A DNA stretch of 64,000 bases, from NCBI GenBank assembly GCA_030141605.1, contig JAQGDQ010000085.1, forward strand, positions 372,001 to 436,000. Direction: 5' to 3'. A program made the position numbers and the translations under genes. Of this stretch, positions 13,501-26,500 are shown piece after piece; position 1 is the first letter of the stretch; the number at the start of each line of letters is the position of its first letter. The DNA comes from Tubiluchus corallicola. Lineage: Eukaryota > Animalia > Priapulida. The notes under the pieces are model-generated. The model was not told the origin of the DNA. It saw only the letters and a program-made list of their open reading frames with translations, and made no database searches.

Positions 13501-16500
13501 TGCAACATATTCATCCTGTTTTTAATAATAGCCATGCAGCTCTTCCTGAGAAAACCAACTTTTCGAATAAAACTTTGTACAAATAAACTCCCTGGTTGTT
13601 CATTCCAGACTGAGCTGGTGAAATGAGTGTTTATCTTGAGCCCAGCAAGCTTAATGGCACGAAAATGTGTGGTTAATGGCTTATTACATGAGTGAATTCG
13701 TGAATGAACGTTGTCAGGAACAATGTAGTTGGTTAGTCCATCGTTGTCATGCACGTGCATACAACAATGTTGGGCAAACTTTTCGATTCTATACTTGTGC
13801 GTAATGTAAATCATGGCTACGTGCAAATATTTAATTAGGAGGTGCTGCTATTTCAGAAAAACTTTGTGGATACCGTAAATTATTAATGTATCTTGATATT
13901 GTGATACCACGTTAAAAAACACTGTACATATCAAATTGTCAGTGAATAAATTTTGAGAAATCCAGATTTATTATTGATACGGAAGTGTGCCTATTAACAA
14001 GCACTTCTGAGTGTTATAATAACAACAACAGCGCGCGTTTTACGTTACATGCTAAAACAATAAACATCAATCTTTAAATCGTTTGCAAGTTGGATTTGTG
14101 AGCTCATATGTATTTGAAACAGTTTGACTTGGTTAACCATACATCCAAACTGTCGGCTGCTTATGTGCCATGTGTCCTAGTTGCAAAGGATCGAATAACT
14201 CGAAACTTAAATTTCGTAATGGGAAACAACTTGTTAAAATGGTACGTGTGTTACAAACTTTGAAACTAATTGTTTTGTCCAAAACATTCTGCTTGATTCA
14301 TGTGCATATATTGCCTAGTGCATCTTATAACAAATCCTGTAAATCATTTTTACTATTTTGTTAGCTTATTTATGCTCTAACTTGTCAATACTGATTTCGT
14401 TAATACATTTCATATTTCTCTTTCTTCATTCTTTCGTTTATTTGCTGGGTGATTGGAGCCCTTAAGCCAGTTTCAGATTACACCTGTTAAGTATAATATG
14501 GCATAATAATCTGACAAGGTTAGCTGTAGTTGTGGTAACCTAGAAACGCTCAAGGTGCAAAAATATTAATGGTGGCTGGTTGCCAGGGTGGCGAGAAATT
14601 TTCAACTTTTATTGCGCCAGGTAATTATGTTGACATTGCCTTCATTAAAAAGATTTTTTTCTTCCATTGCAGGTAACCCCCATAAACGTTGACGATGAAC
14701 AGGTAAGTGAAACTGTTAATTAACATTACCCGTGCATTGATGAGTTCTCTTTAGTGTACTATGTACATTTTGACCATTTGAAGTAGTTGAGAATTACTCT
14801 CTTCTCCCTGCCCCCTCTTCTCACAAGCATTCTTGCCCCCTTCCTCCCCACATGTAAACAGGTGCACTGCAAGATTTGAGAACCTCTGCTTTTTCTCTCA
14901 CTTAGCTGAGCTCTGGCGGCTTAAGGTCCTGCGCGGTACTGGCGTAAGTGCAGGTTTTATAACATTTTTGCATTACCCAGGTTTGTTTATTTTCTATATA
15001 CACGGATTAATGTGTTGTCTTAGTTCAACTACAGGTCAGTCATACGATGTTAAACTTGTTAAACTGGAACTTACTGCCACCGGGCGATAAAGGATTAAAA
15101 TTGTTTTATACAGTGATGAAAACCTTCATTATGTAGTCTAGTTGCCCTTGTTTATCTCATTCTTTTCACATTTAATTTCTTGGTGCGTAGCTACTTTCTC
15201 GTTTTTCAACTTAGCAATTTTGCTTTAGGGTTGAGCGTTGCGAGTTTCATTTCTTCTCTTGTGGTTTGATAATTAGTGGCGTTTTCGAAATTTTCTTCCC
15301 GCTTTGATCTCGTGATTATGATGGTTAAAACCCTTATGGAAAATAATTTTTATATGCACAAGGCAATATTTTGAATTTGCTAAGATCAATGGATCGTTCA
15401 CATCTGCGACCAGGAATTATAACTCAGCAACATGTGCGATAGAAGTCACCGTGACCCAGCAAAATATATTGGCCTTAACCTCAATGCTCCATACACTGTC
15501 ATAGCTTACAAACCAGTGACAATGATAATCTAGTCCACTATAATTTCGCAAATTTTTATTTTATCTTTTCCTAGTTAAGAAACCGTAGAAACGTTAAGTT
15601 AGGAATTATTTATATCTAATCGGCAAGTTATTTTAAACAAACAGAAAGCACAAATAGGTTGCACGTATATACTCAGCCTGCCTGCAATGTTAGTAAACTC
15701 ACATGTGGGTGACCCGCTAAAAAATAATAAATTAAGCTAACTGCTACCTAGTACGTCAATTCCATTTTTGCTACTAGTGCTAAAACATTTCGTAGTTGTT
15801 CCGTTTGGTCATTTCAATGCAGAAACAGCCCGAGTGTTAACAAAGCTTCAAGGATTCACTGTGTGTGAATGTGAACGACACGTACTGTTTATTATTGTGT
15901 TGATCTCGAAACGTTTGCGTAATAAAAATGTCATTACAATATATGACTATCGTTTTTATACTAAACCCGTTTGAATAGTTTTATTGAATAACGATAACAG
16001 TTTGAGATGATTTATGAATGAAGTTTCGTGGTGCAAGAAAATTAAACGCTGCTAGAATTAGGTGTCGTGTTTCACAAACACTTGGCTTATAGTTCATTAA
16101 TTGTGTAGTAATGGTATACTTATATCAGTTACTCCATATGTAATTGCATGCTTATTACTTAGACGTGGTTTACATATGTACTACTAATTTGTACATACTG
16201 AAATTTTGCGGACAGATCAGATATACGCGAACTTTAAAAATGCTCAGCAAGTAAAATACCGATATTTTATTTCATATTTTATCTTAGGTGCTTCCGTTGT
16301 GCAACATAGCACCACTCATGATTTGATGCCACGTTCTCCGATCTGCTGCCACATGCCAAGTATTCACGCCATTTAAGTCGAGTTAATAAATAACATATTT
16401 CATATTTACCGTTTGTTTAAATATATTTCTCGGTTTATTGACTTGTTGTTGCCATGGTTACTGACAGCTACTTAAAAATTAAGAATGTCAAGGTCTGCTT

Positions 16501-19500
16501 GTTGTTCCTGTGTCTTAGAGACTTGCAAATAAATAAGCTGTGTAGGCAAATTGATAAGCAGCTAACTTTGCTCTTACGAACCACCAATCACCATCTAGCT
16601 TTGTGACACACCTCTGTAGCTCTACACTCGTGTTTGCCCGTATATGGTTGTAATCAATTTGTGCGGTAAAGGTGAGAAGGTGCCATCGGTTTGCATATCT
16701 GTCAAAGACCGAACTTGAGTTCGCGCGGTGTCCATTTCACAAACTCTGTCTTTAATTTAAGATCAGATTTATTCAAACTTTCTCCTAAATCCCGATTAAA
16801 TTATTAGGTGAATTTTCGTTCGTTTTCGGTGGCTAATTTTGTAGAAAATCCCATATACGCACTTTCAGTGCGGAAGAAATAAATATTAACATTTATTTAA
16901 CAACTTTTAGGTTTTTTTGTGCTTATTTTCATTCGTTTTACTTGTACCTGCTTTTTGCCAGGTTAGTGACTTTTGCTGGCAGAATTCTGCACTTTACTCA
17001 GTAGCCTGAAACGTTATGTAAGACCATTAAAGGGAAACTTGTGCTCGTATAAACTTAAGGATTGTTTCACACTTATTTATTCTACGCCACTTTCCATTTC
17101 GTTTCGCATTAATTCATGATGTTACGAAAAATTGTTAAGTCTTTCGTATTTTTATATAGAGCGTGTGTTTTTGAATTGGCTATATTTGCTGTGTACTACG
17201 TGGTTGTTTTCGTGAGGATAAGCATGTTTACAACTAGATTTGGGTTCCTGGTGTTTTCCTTCTCGGAAACATGCTAAATCTCACTTTTTAAAGCTTCTGT
17301 TAGATGGTTCCTATTATAAGGGGCAAAAGTTTAGCGTGTCACTAAACTGTTCTAAAATTTTTAACATTTACGATTGGCAAGAGGTCTTATGCGCAGTTTT
17401 AAAGAGTCACATTATTCGAATATAAAATTTTTCTCTTGTTATATAACGGGTTCACGTAACGGTCACATGAGCTGAAATTTTACAGTTCATCAACACCAGT
17501 TTATAGTCAACAAGAGTAAAATAGCTAGAGTTGATTGATTTTTTTTGGCGCCTGATATTTTCGTGCAAGTCTTCCACCAAAGTGTTTATGGTTTTCAAAT
17601 TAGGATCATTTTCATACCCAGGCAAGTCTTGCATTATTTTCTGGGAGCAGATTTCTGAAGGTTAAGTTCAGCTTTGCCACAATGTCAGTAAACATGTTTG
17701 TGTCATTCTGGTAGATAACATGTGTTGCTACAGCTCACGTCAGGACAACCGGAGTTTCACCCTGCCACGCGTGCAACAGCCAATCACTGGTCGCTGTTTT
17801 GACACACCCTCGTGACGTTGTCGTCACTCTTGTTTACTTTGCCCAGAGCTTTTAAAAATGTTTTCTGCAAAGGCGAAAGTTTGGGAATAATAAAACCATG
17901 ATCCTAGTTGACAAAATAATCCAAAAAAATAAAGGTCGTATGGGAACATTTCAAGCAATGGTGCGACATACAAGTAATGCATTAGAAATTAATAAGTTTG
18001 TTGTAGTTTTTGGAAAGTTTCCATGTAAAAAATTCATATGTTTAAATAAGGCCATTTTAATCGCAAAGTATTACATTTGGTGTATCCGAAGCAAATTACA
18101 AACGCTGAATTTTAATCATGCAGTGGATTGTATTATATATATATATATAATACTTATATATATTTACTTATATATTTATAAGTTGGAGAAATATGCTGGT
18201 GCCAACCTTGGGTTCTAGGAAAAGTTGAAGGTAGTTGGGTACCTTTGAAATATATATTGAAATGATTTAACCGAATAACCGAAATTTCAAGGGTATAGTT
18301 GATGCACTTTAGTGGTTACAATTAATTACATTGGTACATTTAAAAAATAAGACAAAAATTTTGTTTAAAGGTGAAAAACTATGCCGGGAATTTCTGTTTT
18401 TGTTTTTTTTACTATTTCTAGATACTCAGCCAAACAAATACATTTTGAGGTTTTGCGTTGCGACCAGTCCATGGTAAAATGGCTCAAGCCATTTTTGATT
18501 GGCTAATTACTATTTAGTTCGGTTAAATGTGCCTGGTTTATGTATAACAAGACAAGTCCATAACATCGGACACCCATGAAACCTCTATATTCAAACTGTA
18601 TACTACCGAAACACTAGCGTAGTTTCTTATTTAATTATTGAAAGCAAAGTGAATTGATAAACTTCACTATACTCCCTTTAATGAAATTAACTTCAATTTT
18701 GGAACTGGATTGATTTGTGGTCATAAACTACCATAGCATTAGCATATTATTAGCAAATACCGTCTATCAGTATACCGAAACATATGTGTTATGCATTTAA
18801 CACGCAAAATATGAAACGATAAAAAAAGATGTAAAAAGAAACGACCTTGTATCAATAAAAAAAAAACACAGCCACCAGAAGCAAAGACAGACAGCGCCGC
18901 TATTATGAATCAAAAATGGGACAGTGCATTAATGTTTTCAGCTCTTTTAAGAAGCGCTGCCCTTACATTCCGTCGTTTACTTATCCTGGCACTTAACGTC
19001 GGCATTTGCGTGACCTAGATGCTCTGCCTTTTAGTTTTGTCCACTTTACATAGATCGATCATTGGTGGGATGTTCATAACGTGATTAATGCTAGTGGACA
19101 GGCGCTCAAGATCATGAATTGACCTAGCTTCCTGGGCAAAAGTGCCGGCAGGAACGACAGAAAATGTCTTCGTGTTCATAACCAACCAACAGTTGACAGT
19201 AAGAAAACAAAAGCCCTGCTAAATGCGATATTTATTTTAGTTTCTTAGCTTGACTAATTTTTCTTTGACATTTCAAGTGACTATATATTACCAAAAAACA
19301 TTTTTTACATTTTACATGAGTCGCAACATGCACTGTTTTGCTTATGATTCTATTTTCTTTTCTATTTCTATTCTATTCTATTCTATTCTATTCTATTCTA
19401 TTCTATTCTATTCTATTCTATTCTATTCTGTTCTGTTCTGTTCTGTTCTGTTCTGTTCTGTTCTGTTCTGTTCTGTTCTGTTCCGTTCTGTTCTATTCTA

Positions 19501-22500
19501 TTCTATTCTATTCTATTCTATTCTATTCTATTCCGTTCTGTTCTGTTCTATTCTATTCTATTCCGTTCTATTCTATTCTATTCCGTTCTATTCTATTTTA
19601 TTCTATTCATTCTGTTTTGCTTATGAGATGAATTTGTATTACAACCAGTCTGTTATATAAAGATCTGTCTGTGTATCCTTTATACACGCCGACATGCTGC
19701 AACGTAGCCCCAAATGTGGTGTACTACGAGAACCAGTGTGGGCCTGAGAAGACTTCTACGCCAGTTTAGATCACGGTCCCCACTCCCCCACCCCATATGA
19801 CGGCCAAATTGTCATCTAGTATAGCACTTTTAGGACATTCTACCTCATGGAGTCGTCCAATATGCCTTTTTATAGATATTAAAGGTTTAAAAGGTTTTAA
19901 ACTCGCCGCCACCCCCACCCCCCAATATGGCAGCTAAAAATTGCAACCAAAATAGCACTTTTGATCCAATATGTTTTTAACGGTTGTAGAGGGCTTCAAC
20001 TTTCAAGGTCTAATATCGACATCTTCACTCTCTCCGGATAACAACATACAGATGGCATCCAAAATAGCGCCAATAGTGCGGGGAACTAATGTATACTATA
20101 ATTCTATTTATGCAAAATACAGTAGCATATAATTTACTGATACATATTAAAAAGTGTGCTGCTTCGAGATGAAACCAGAGCGACATCTGGTGCGGAACTT
20201 TCGCAACATCTGCTTGTCGTCAAACTAGAGCTAATCATCCGCCAGTTAGGATTTTTGCATGGACATGTGAACTAGCTTATTGGCAAACCAACAATCTTCC
20301 TCGTGTGCGTATAATGATCGAAAGCTGTCTACACTACACTGTATTTGTAATTGATAAAAAGCGCCATAGATCTGTGTAAATGTTCACATTTGCAGTGATG
20401 GGCTTCCTTTAAGAAAACGTTCACGTTTTTCTCTTTATTGACGTCATTGAGAGCTCAGCAGGAAACTTCAAGGCATTGAAGCTCTTTATGGAAAGAGGGA
20501 AAGTTAGTGATGGTAGTTGGCGGCAATGCCCTCTCCTGACATTCATTAAAATTGAAATATAAACTACAAAATAAACATTTTAAAACAACTCAAAGAAACC
20601 ACAACATTCACTAACATTACAATAAAATTATTTCGTGGTGATGGATATGATATGGCCATTTTTCCATTTTAACACTTTGTCTTGCTTTTATGTATAATTT
20701 CAGACTTACTTTCATAACGTCAGAGAATTATTTTTTCTGAAAAGAATCACATTTATCACTATTATTATTTTTTTAAGTACTGTGCCACTCAAGCAATGAT
20801 ATACTCATTTTGAACGAGTGTCTATAAATTCAATTTTTCGTCATTTTTTCTTTAATTATTTGTTTCTTGTACCTTATTCATAATGTTCGTAAGACGTGCA
20901 AACGTTCTTACAGCTTGCGCAACTTAAACAACATTAAATAAAAATTATTGAAGTTTTCAGTTTCCATCCACCACTTCTGTTTCGTTGCTCAAACATATTT
21001 AAAGCATGTCCCAAGCAGTTAAGAGCTCTTAAATTGTCATTAAAGGATAAACAGCTTTTAGCTTGCCCGCTAGATGGCCGGATGGACTGCCCTCGCGTTC
21101 ACCTCACCGCCGTCATATTTATTCTAGCCCAGCGTTCCTGTGACGGTTGAACTATTTCAGCCCTAAGGCGATGGTCTTTGGAAAACTTTGTTTTGGGAAG
21201 GAATATAATTGTATGCGGGAAATCACTTTCGGGTGAAAACATTTTGGAAGCTGGGATAATGTTGTTTAGCTTTGCAGAGGGTCTAGGCAGAGGAAGATAG
21301 GCTAGTAACTGTAAGCTTTAATCGGGGTTTTCAGTGCTAGAAAAATAACAAAGATTGCACAAAGTAAATATATTTAAAATTAAAAGTACACATGTAGTCG
21401 CCAGATTACGTGTGATGAATAGTTTTCTTTTGCTGTTCTCATGATGTTTGCAGGTTTGCAGGTGCATAACCTTTTCATCGTGACACATACTGCTCAATCT
21501 TCAAGAGCCATAATGCCCACATACCATACAATATCGTTAAATTGTATGTTTGTACTAACACTCTACGAAGTACACAGGTATGTGTGATATGTGCCATAAG
21601 TGCACGCTTAGGTCAAGGTTGAGAACTTATAATATCATTTTTGTTTGACCAAGAAAAAAATTAATGAAATTTTGATTATTCGTGACTTTCATCGCATTCT
21701 TGTTGAGTACAAAATTAGTGATAAAACTGGTTTGCAGACATGCATTGCATCGTGAAAACTCCCTTTTCGAGTTTGGTTCTGTGTGCATGCATTATGATTT
21801 TTGACAACGTTTAAGACCTGAATATCTTTTGCATCGTTATTTATCTAGGCCCAGTCGTATCATCTCTTACCGTCATCATGAATTTGGTGGCATTCTGGTA
21901 GGAGCGTTGTTGTCTTTGCTGGTCTTATCCTTTCATAGCAGCAGTTTTGTGTAAACGGCAATTCGTATAGAAATGTCACAAATAAGAATTAGGGTGCTGT
22001 TGCCAGGCCTCAGGAGGAGATTTTGCTTAACTTTTCTGTTACTAGGTCGTTCCTTTATACTGAGACTGGCTTTCCAGACAAATTAAGCAATGTCTTCAAG
22101 CTAAATTAGGCTTTCTGCTGTCAGTTTTAAGCCCCAAGCAAGCTACTCGTTAAACATTTGTATTTAGTATTTTACCATCTCTACGTATATTACCGTCGTC
22201 TAAGTATATTTTGTATTTTATACTCCCGCTATTTGCAGAGGACAGTTTTAGTCTAATCCTTTTCCCAATTTAACGTTTTCCCTTCTAAATCCTTTCAGTA
22301 AACAGATTTGTGCGAAAACCTCGCTGACATTTATGTAAGGTATCTCCTTTAGCCTTCACTCTTATTGAATTAATAGATTTAAATAAAATTTGTTATTAGT
22401 ACATGTATGAAATGTAGAGGCAAGTTGCAAAGATTTTAAAGGATTTAACTACGTCACGGCTAGTTTATAGCTACGGCCTAATTTCAGCTTTGGCCGTGGA

Positions 22501-23429
22501 TTAAGCCAAATATTCTATTGCGACTGAGTGTGAATTTTGTACAAATTTATATCAATCACTAAAGTTAAATGGAAACGATTATGTACAATTGGTAATGATG
22601 AAAAGATGTACTCCAAAAAGGAACTTCACAGAACTACTGGTGTTTCCTTCTCAGCATAACGTCCATGAATGTTACGAAAAGTTAAAAAAATACTTCTTAG
22701 AAATGTGTTGAACGCTTTGGGCTTCATGTCATTTCGAAGTTTGTTTGTTCAGCTGTTTGTTAGTTTAATTAGGCGAGTTTAATCAGACGCCGTATGTTAT
22801 GACAGTGATAAAAATTATTTTTACGTTTCAAGTTTCTGCAATAATTAGCTTTTCTCACTTGCATGTACACGAATACTAATTAGTAAAACAGTATACATAA
22901 ACCCTTGTACACGTAAGCACTAAGAATTAGTCGTCTTTATACACCAAGATTTAACACAAGTACAAAGTTCAATGGCCCGTTACTCCGCTTACTTGATAGA
23001 TAAAGTCAGTTTAATCACCCAGTCAGGAGATGAATAAGTAAACTAACCACGCGTACATTGTTATAATTTAGGGCAGTCATCTGGCTTGCACCGGTTTGAT
23101 CGTGCTTGATCTGCTTCCCTCAGCTTCCTGCTAGATTCGTATGGCTTCTAAATGACGCAGCCTTTGACAAGTGATGTCTATGCAAGCAGCTGCTGAAGCC
23201 TGTTGCTAAAATTCATGACAGCTGAAGTTCACATAAGCGATTGATGCAAACTTATTTAATCGCCCCCTGGCCTTCGCTTTTTCCCTCCCTCCCGTCACCC
23301 TCTCTCTTTCCCTTCTCTCTCTCTCTCTCTCTCTCTCTCCCTCTCTCTCTCTTTCTCTCTCTCTCTCTTTTCCTTCTCTCTCTCTTTCTACCTTCCCCCT
23401 CTCTCTCTCTTTCCCTTCTCTCTTTCTAC

Positions 23430-23466
<37 letters not shown>

Positions 23467-23542
23467 TTCTTTCTCTTTGTCTCTCTTTCCCTTCTCTTTC
23501 TCCCTTTCCCTTCTCTCTCTATCTTTGTCTCTCTCTTTTCCT

Positions 23543-23573
<31 letters not shown>

Positions 23574-26500
23574 TCCCCTTCTCTCCCCTCCTCTCTCTCT
23601 CTCAATCACTCTTTTTTGACACTAGTTAGTAACTAACCCGGTCTTTGCTCTTGTACTTGTGCCATACCATTCGTTTAAGTTTTTTACGCACATCGTAAGC
23701 ATATATTGTCAGTTATAGGGTTATATCTCAATAAAAGCCGCCGTGCAATAAGGCATTTCACAGTTCAAGTTAAATTTATCCATACTGCAACTAGGAAGGA
23801 AAAGTTTTGGAAAAGTGCATCAGGAGATCAAGGACGAAATTTCAAAGTTCATCGAACGAAACAGCTCAATGATCGTGCAAAAACAATGACACAAATAGAA
23901 CATTAAAAACTGCATGTTAAACGCAATACACTGCACACGTCGAAGGAAGAAAGTGCAAAAAAACTCCCTTGAGCTTAGTCAATGTAAAAACAAGCTATAT
24001 CGCCTATCAGAGCTTTTAATTCAGTTAGTTTGCATTTCAGTCTCTGTATCAATTTTATGTCAAGGAATCATGATGATATGGGATTTAACTGAAGTGAAAA
24101 GTTAACGTTCTGAAAAAAGAGAGAGAGAGAGGGGGGAGGCGAGAAGAGAGAAAGAATAATATTTGGCCAACATTAATTGAAATTGTTACAAATTGACGAC
24201 AACACTATCACTATACAGTGCACTGTGGCTATGTTCACGTAAATGTAAACAACCATGTTACAGTGACAAAAATTACGGTCTGCATTTTTGGCTAACTTTT
24301 CAGCATCATATCATTTAGGAAAAGTAAAAGGTTTTTGAAACGTTAAAAGCAGTAAAAGGAATCAAGACTACAAGTTTACAAAGTAGCATTCACTCATTTT
24401 AAAATTCTTATGGAGTGTAAAAAACAATCTTGAAAGCAACGTAATGCAATTTGTCTTCTTTCAAACCTAGTTACGCGCACCGGCGAGATCTGGATGTAAT
24501 GTCCTAGTGAAAGATAAGAAAACTGAAACCATTAAATAGTGATATTATTCGCTGCATGTTTCTCTTTGACGTTTAGCTGTAAGCTAAATTAGGCAAATGA
24601 AGTGACTGTGAACTTTGTAGCCTGCTAAAACTGTCTATGACTAAATGATTATCACTACTTTCAAATAATATTATGAAATTGAAATACAAAAGAAAGATCA
24701 CAAAAGACTGCATTGGACTAATGCGATTGCGTGGTGTTTACAATCTTGATACCCGCTGACAGCTTTCAAAAATGTCAGAGATGCACGCTCATCTACGCAG
24801 TGTTTCTGCTTGGAATAAAACCTAAAAATTGCTTTTTAGTTGTCAAAACTATTGGTTCTGAACGTCCTTTATGCTATATTAATGATTGCATTTTCTTCGC
24901 TTTGTTCAAAATAGTAATTTCCAATGTTACTTTCCGAGCAGAACAATTTGAGATGAAACTTTACCTCAATCGAATTCAATTCAAACATGCTTTTATTTCC
25001 ACATTCATGATGTAAATTAAACCGATAATGTATTAAATTATCATAATTATTGGAAATAGGACGGCGAAAGAGCATTATGGTCAACTAGTCGAATCATCCT
25101 TCGATATTAGATGAAAGTGATATCGGGATGGCACGATATAACTACGTGACTCATGAATGGAACTGGGAATATTTTGTTTCTGTTTTACTTAGCCATTTGG
25201 GCTATTTGAATTTGATCGATGACTAATTGAAAATTTCTCAACTAACTTTAAAAAACTGTGGAGTGAAAATGAAATCAAACATGCATACAACAAAATGATA
25301 AACAAAAACCAAAGCAATGATAACATTAAACGTAGGTCACCTCAACTTTCTGTTACAGTCCACGTTACAAAGGACATTGTTTTTTCGATGAAAGAGTTGA
25401 GAAGCCAACTGTTGTCATAGCTGAATAAATTTCTCTGCCATAAAATCAATGTCGACATACGAAATTAGATTACCCTCAGTGGTGACAAAATCAACAGCAA
25501 CATTTTCGCATTAATTTTCAACATTTTCTTGATTTTCCTTGATTATAGATCACTCGTTATTTCGTCAAACATTGTACTTTTTGCCCTTTGTGGATGGCAT
25601 TGATGATTTATGAGTTTGTTTGTGCGTTGGTTTGTTTTTTGAATTTCAGTGCAACAACTGCGACGTTATAAATACAAGTTTTCTAAACCTGAAATACCAG
25701 ATCATTTGCGTGGTACATGTTCATAGGTATGTAACCATGTCTTCCCTTACACTCATGCAAAGTAACTTCTCATTTCAACGATTCGAGTTTATCATTCTTG
25801 CTCCATTCCCAAAGTTATTCTACCCATTTGTATTGTGGTGCTTGCTTTAGTATAAACGCCTCCTTGCCGTTGACTTTTTGGCACCTTTAATTTGTTTATT
25901 GGATGTTGCACACCTAGGCAGGTACGTAACTCGCCAGATGTTTGTCACCTTATGAGTCAGTTTTAACGTGTGATGGCTTGTCACCATTGTATACATCATA
26001 TCGGGACTCTTGAGGTCAAACTGCATCTTAAATAAACTACCTTATCGCAGTAAACATGTCTGTGCATCGTGCACAAACTGCAGAAGTCTCTTGTTGGTTC
26101 TGGTCAGAGGGGCATTCTAGCAAAAGTTGATAACTGCATGGCAAGGCCATTGACACATTATGTTCACTAATGTCAAATTGCATTAACCAGGTTTCATTGG
26201 TAACGTCTTGCATCTGCTCTTATGCTTTAACGTGATAGAGTTACGATATTTGATTTTAACTGTAAGCAGTGCGTCCAATCTGGGCAATATTTAGTCTCCT
26301 TGGCCTGCTTTCGTTCATCAGTATAAAATCTCTATGGATACGTCGTGGGACTGTTGATTACTCGGGTGACAGATCGCGATGTCGTCTGATTTGTTACCAA
26401 GAGGCTTTTGACCCAGGTTCCCAAACAAGATTGCCTTTTTAAAGAACGTCTGATTTTCTTACCAGTGTTCCGCTCATGTTGCAAAGAATAAACTATATCT

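Noticed and set aside
13332-13826. 164-aa minus-strand ORF
   Set aside because: Non-ATG start, no recognisable homology and no clear splice context
14569-14620. ATG-initiated mini-exon just upstream of the microexon
   Set aside because: Ends in phase 1, out of frame with sestrin
19250-19660. ORFs with [10 protein letters not shown] repeats (also 23241-23636, 31486-31900, 50707-51100)
   Set aside because: Translations of microsatellites
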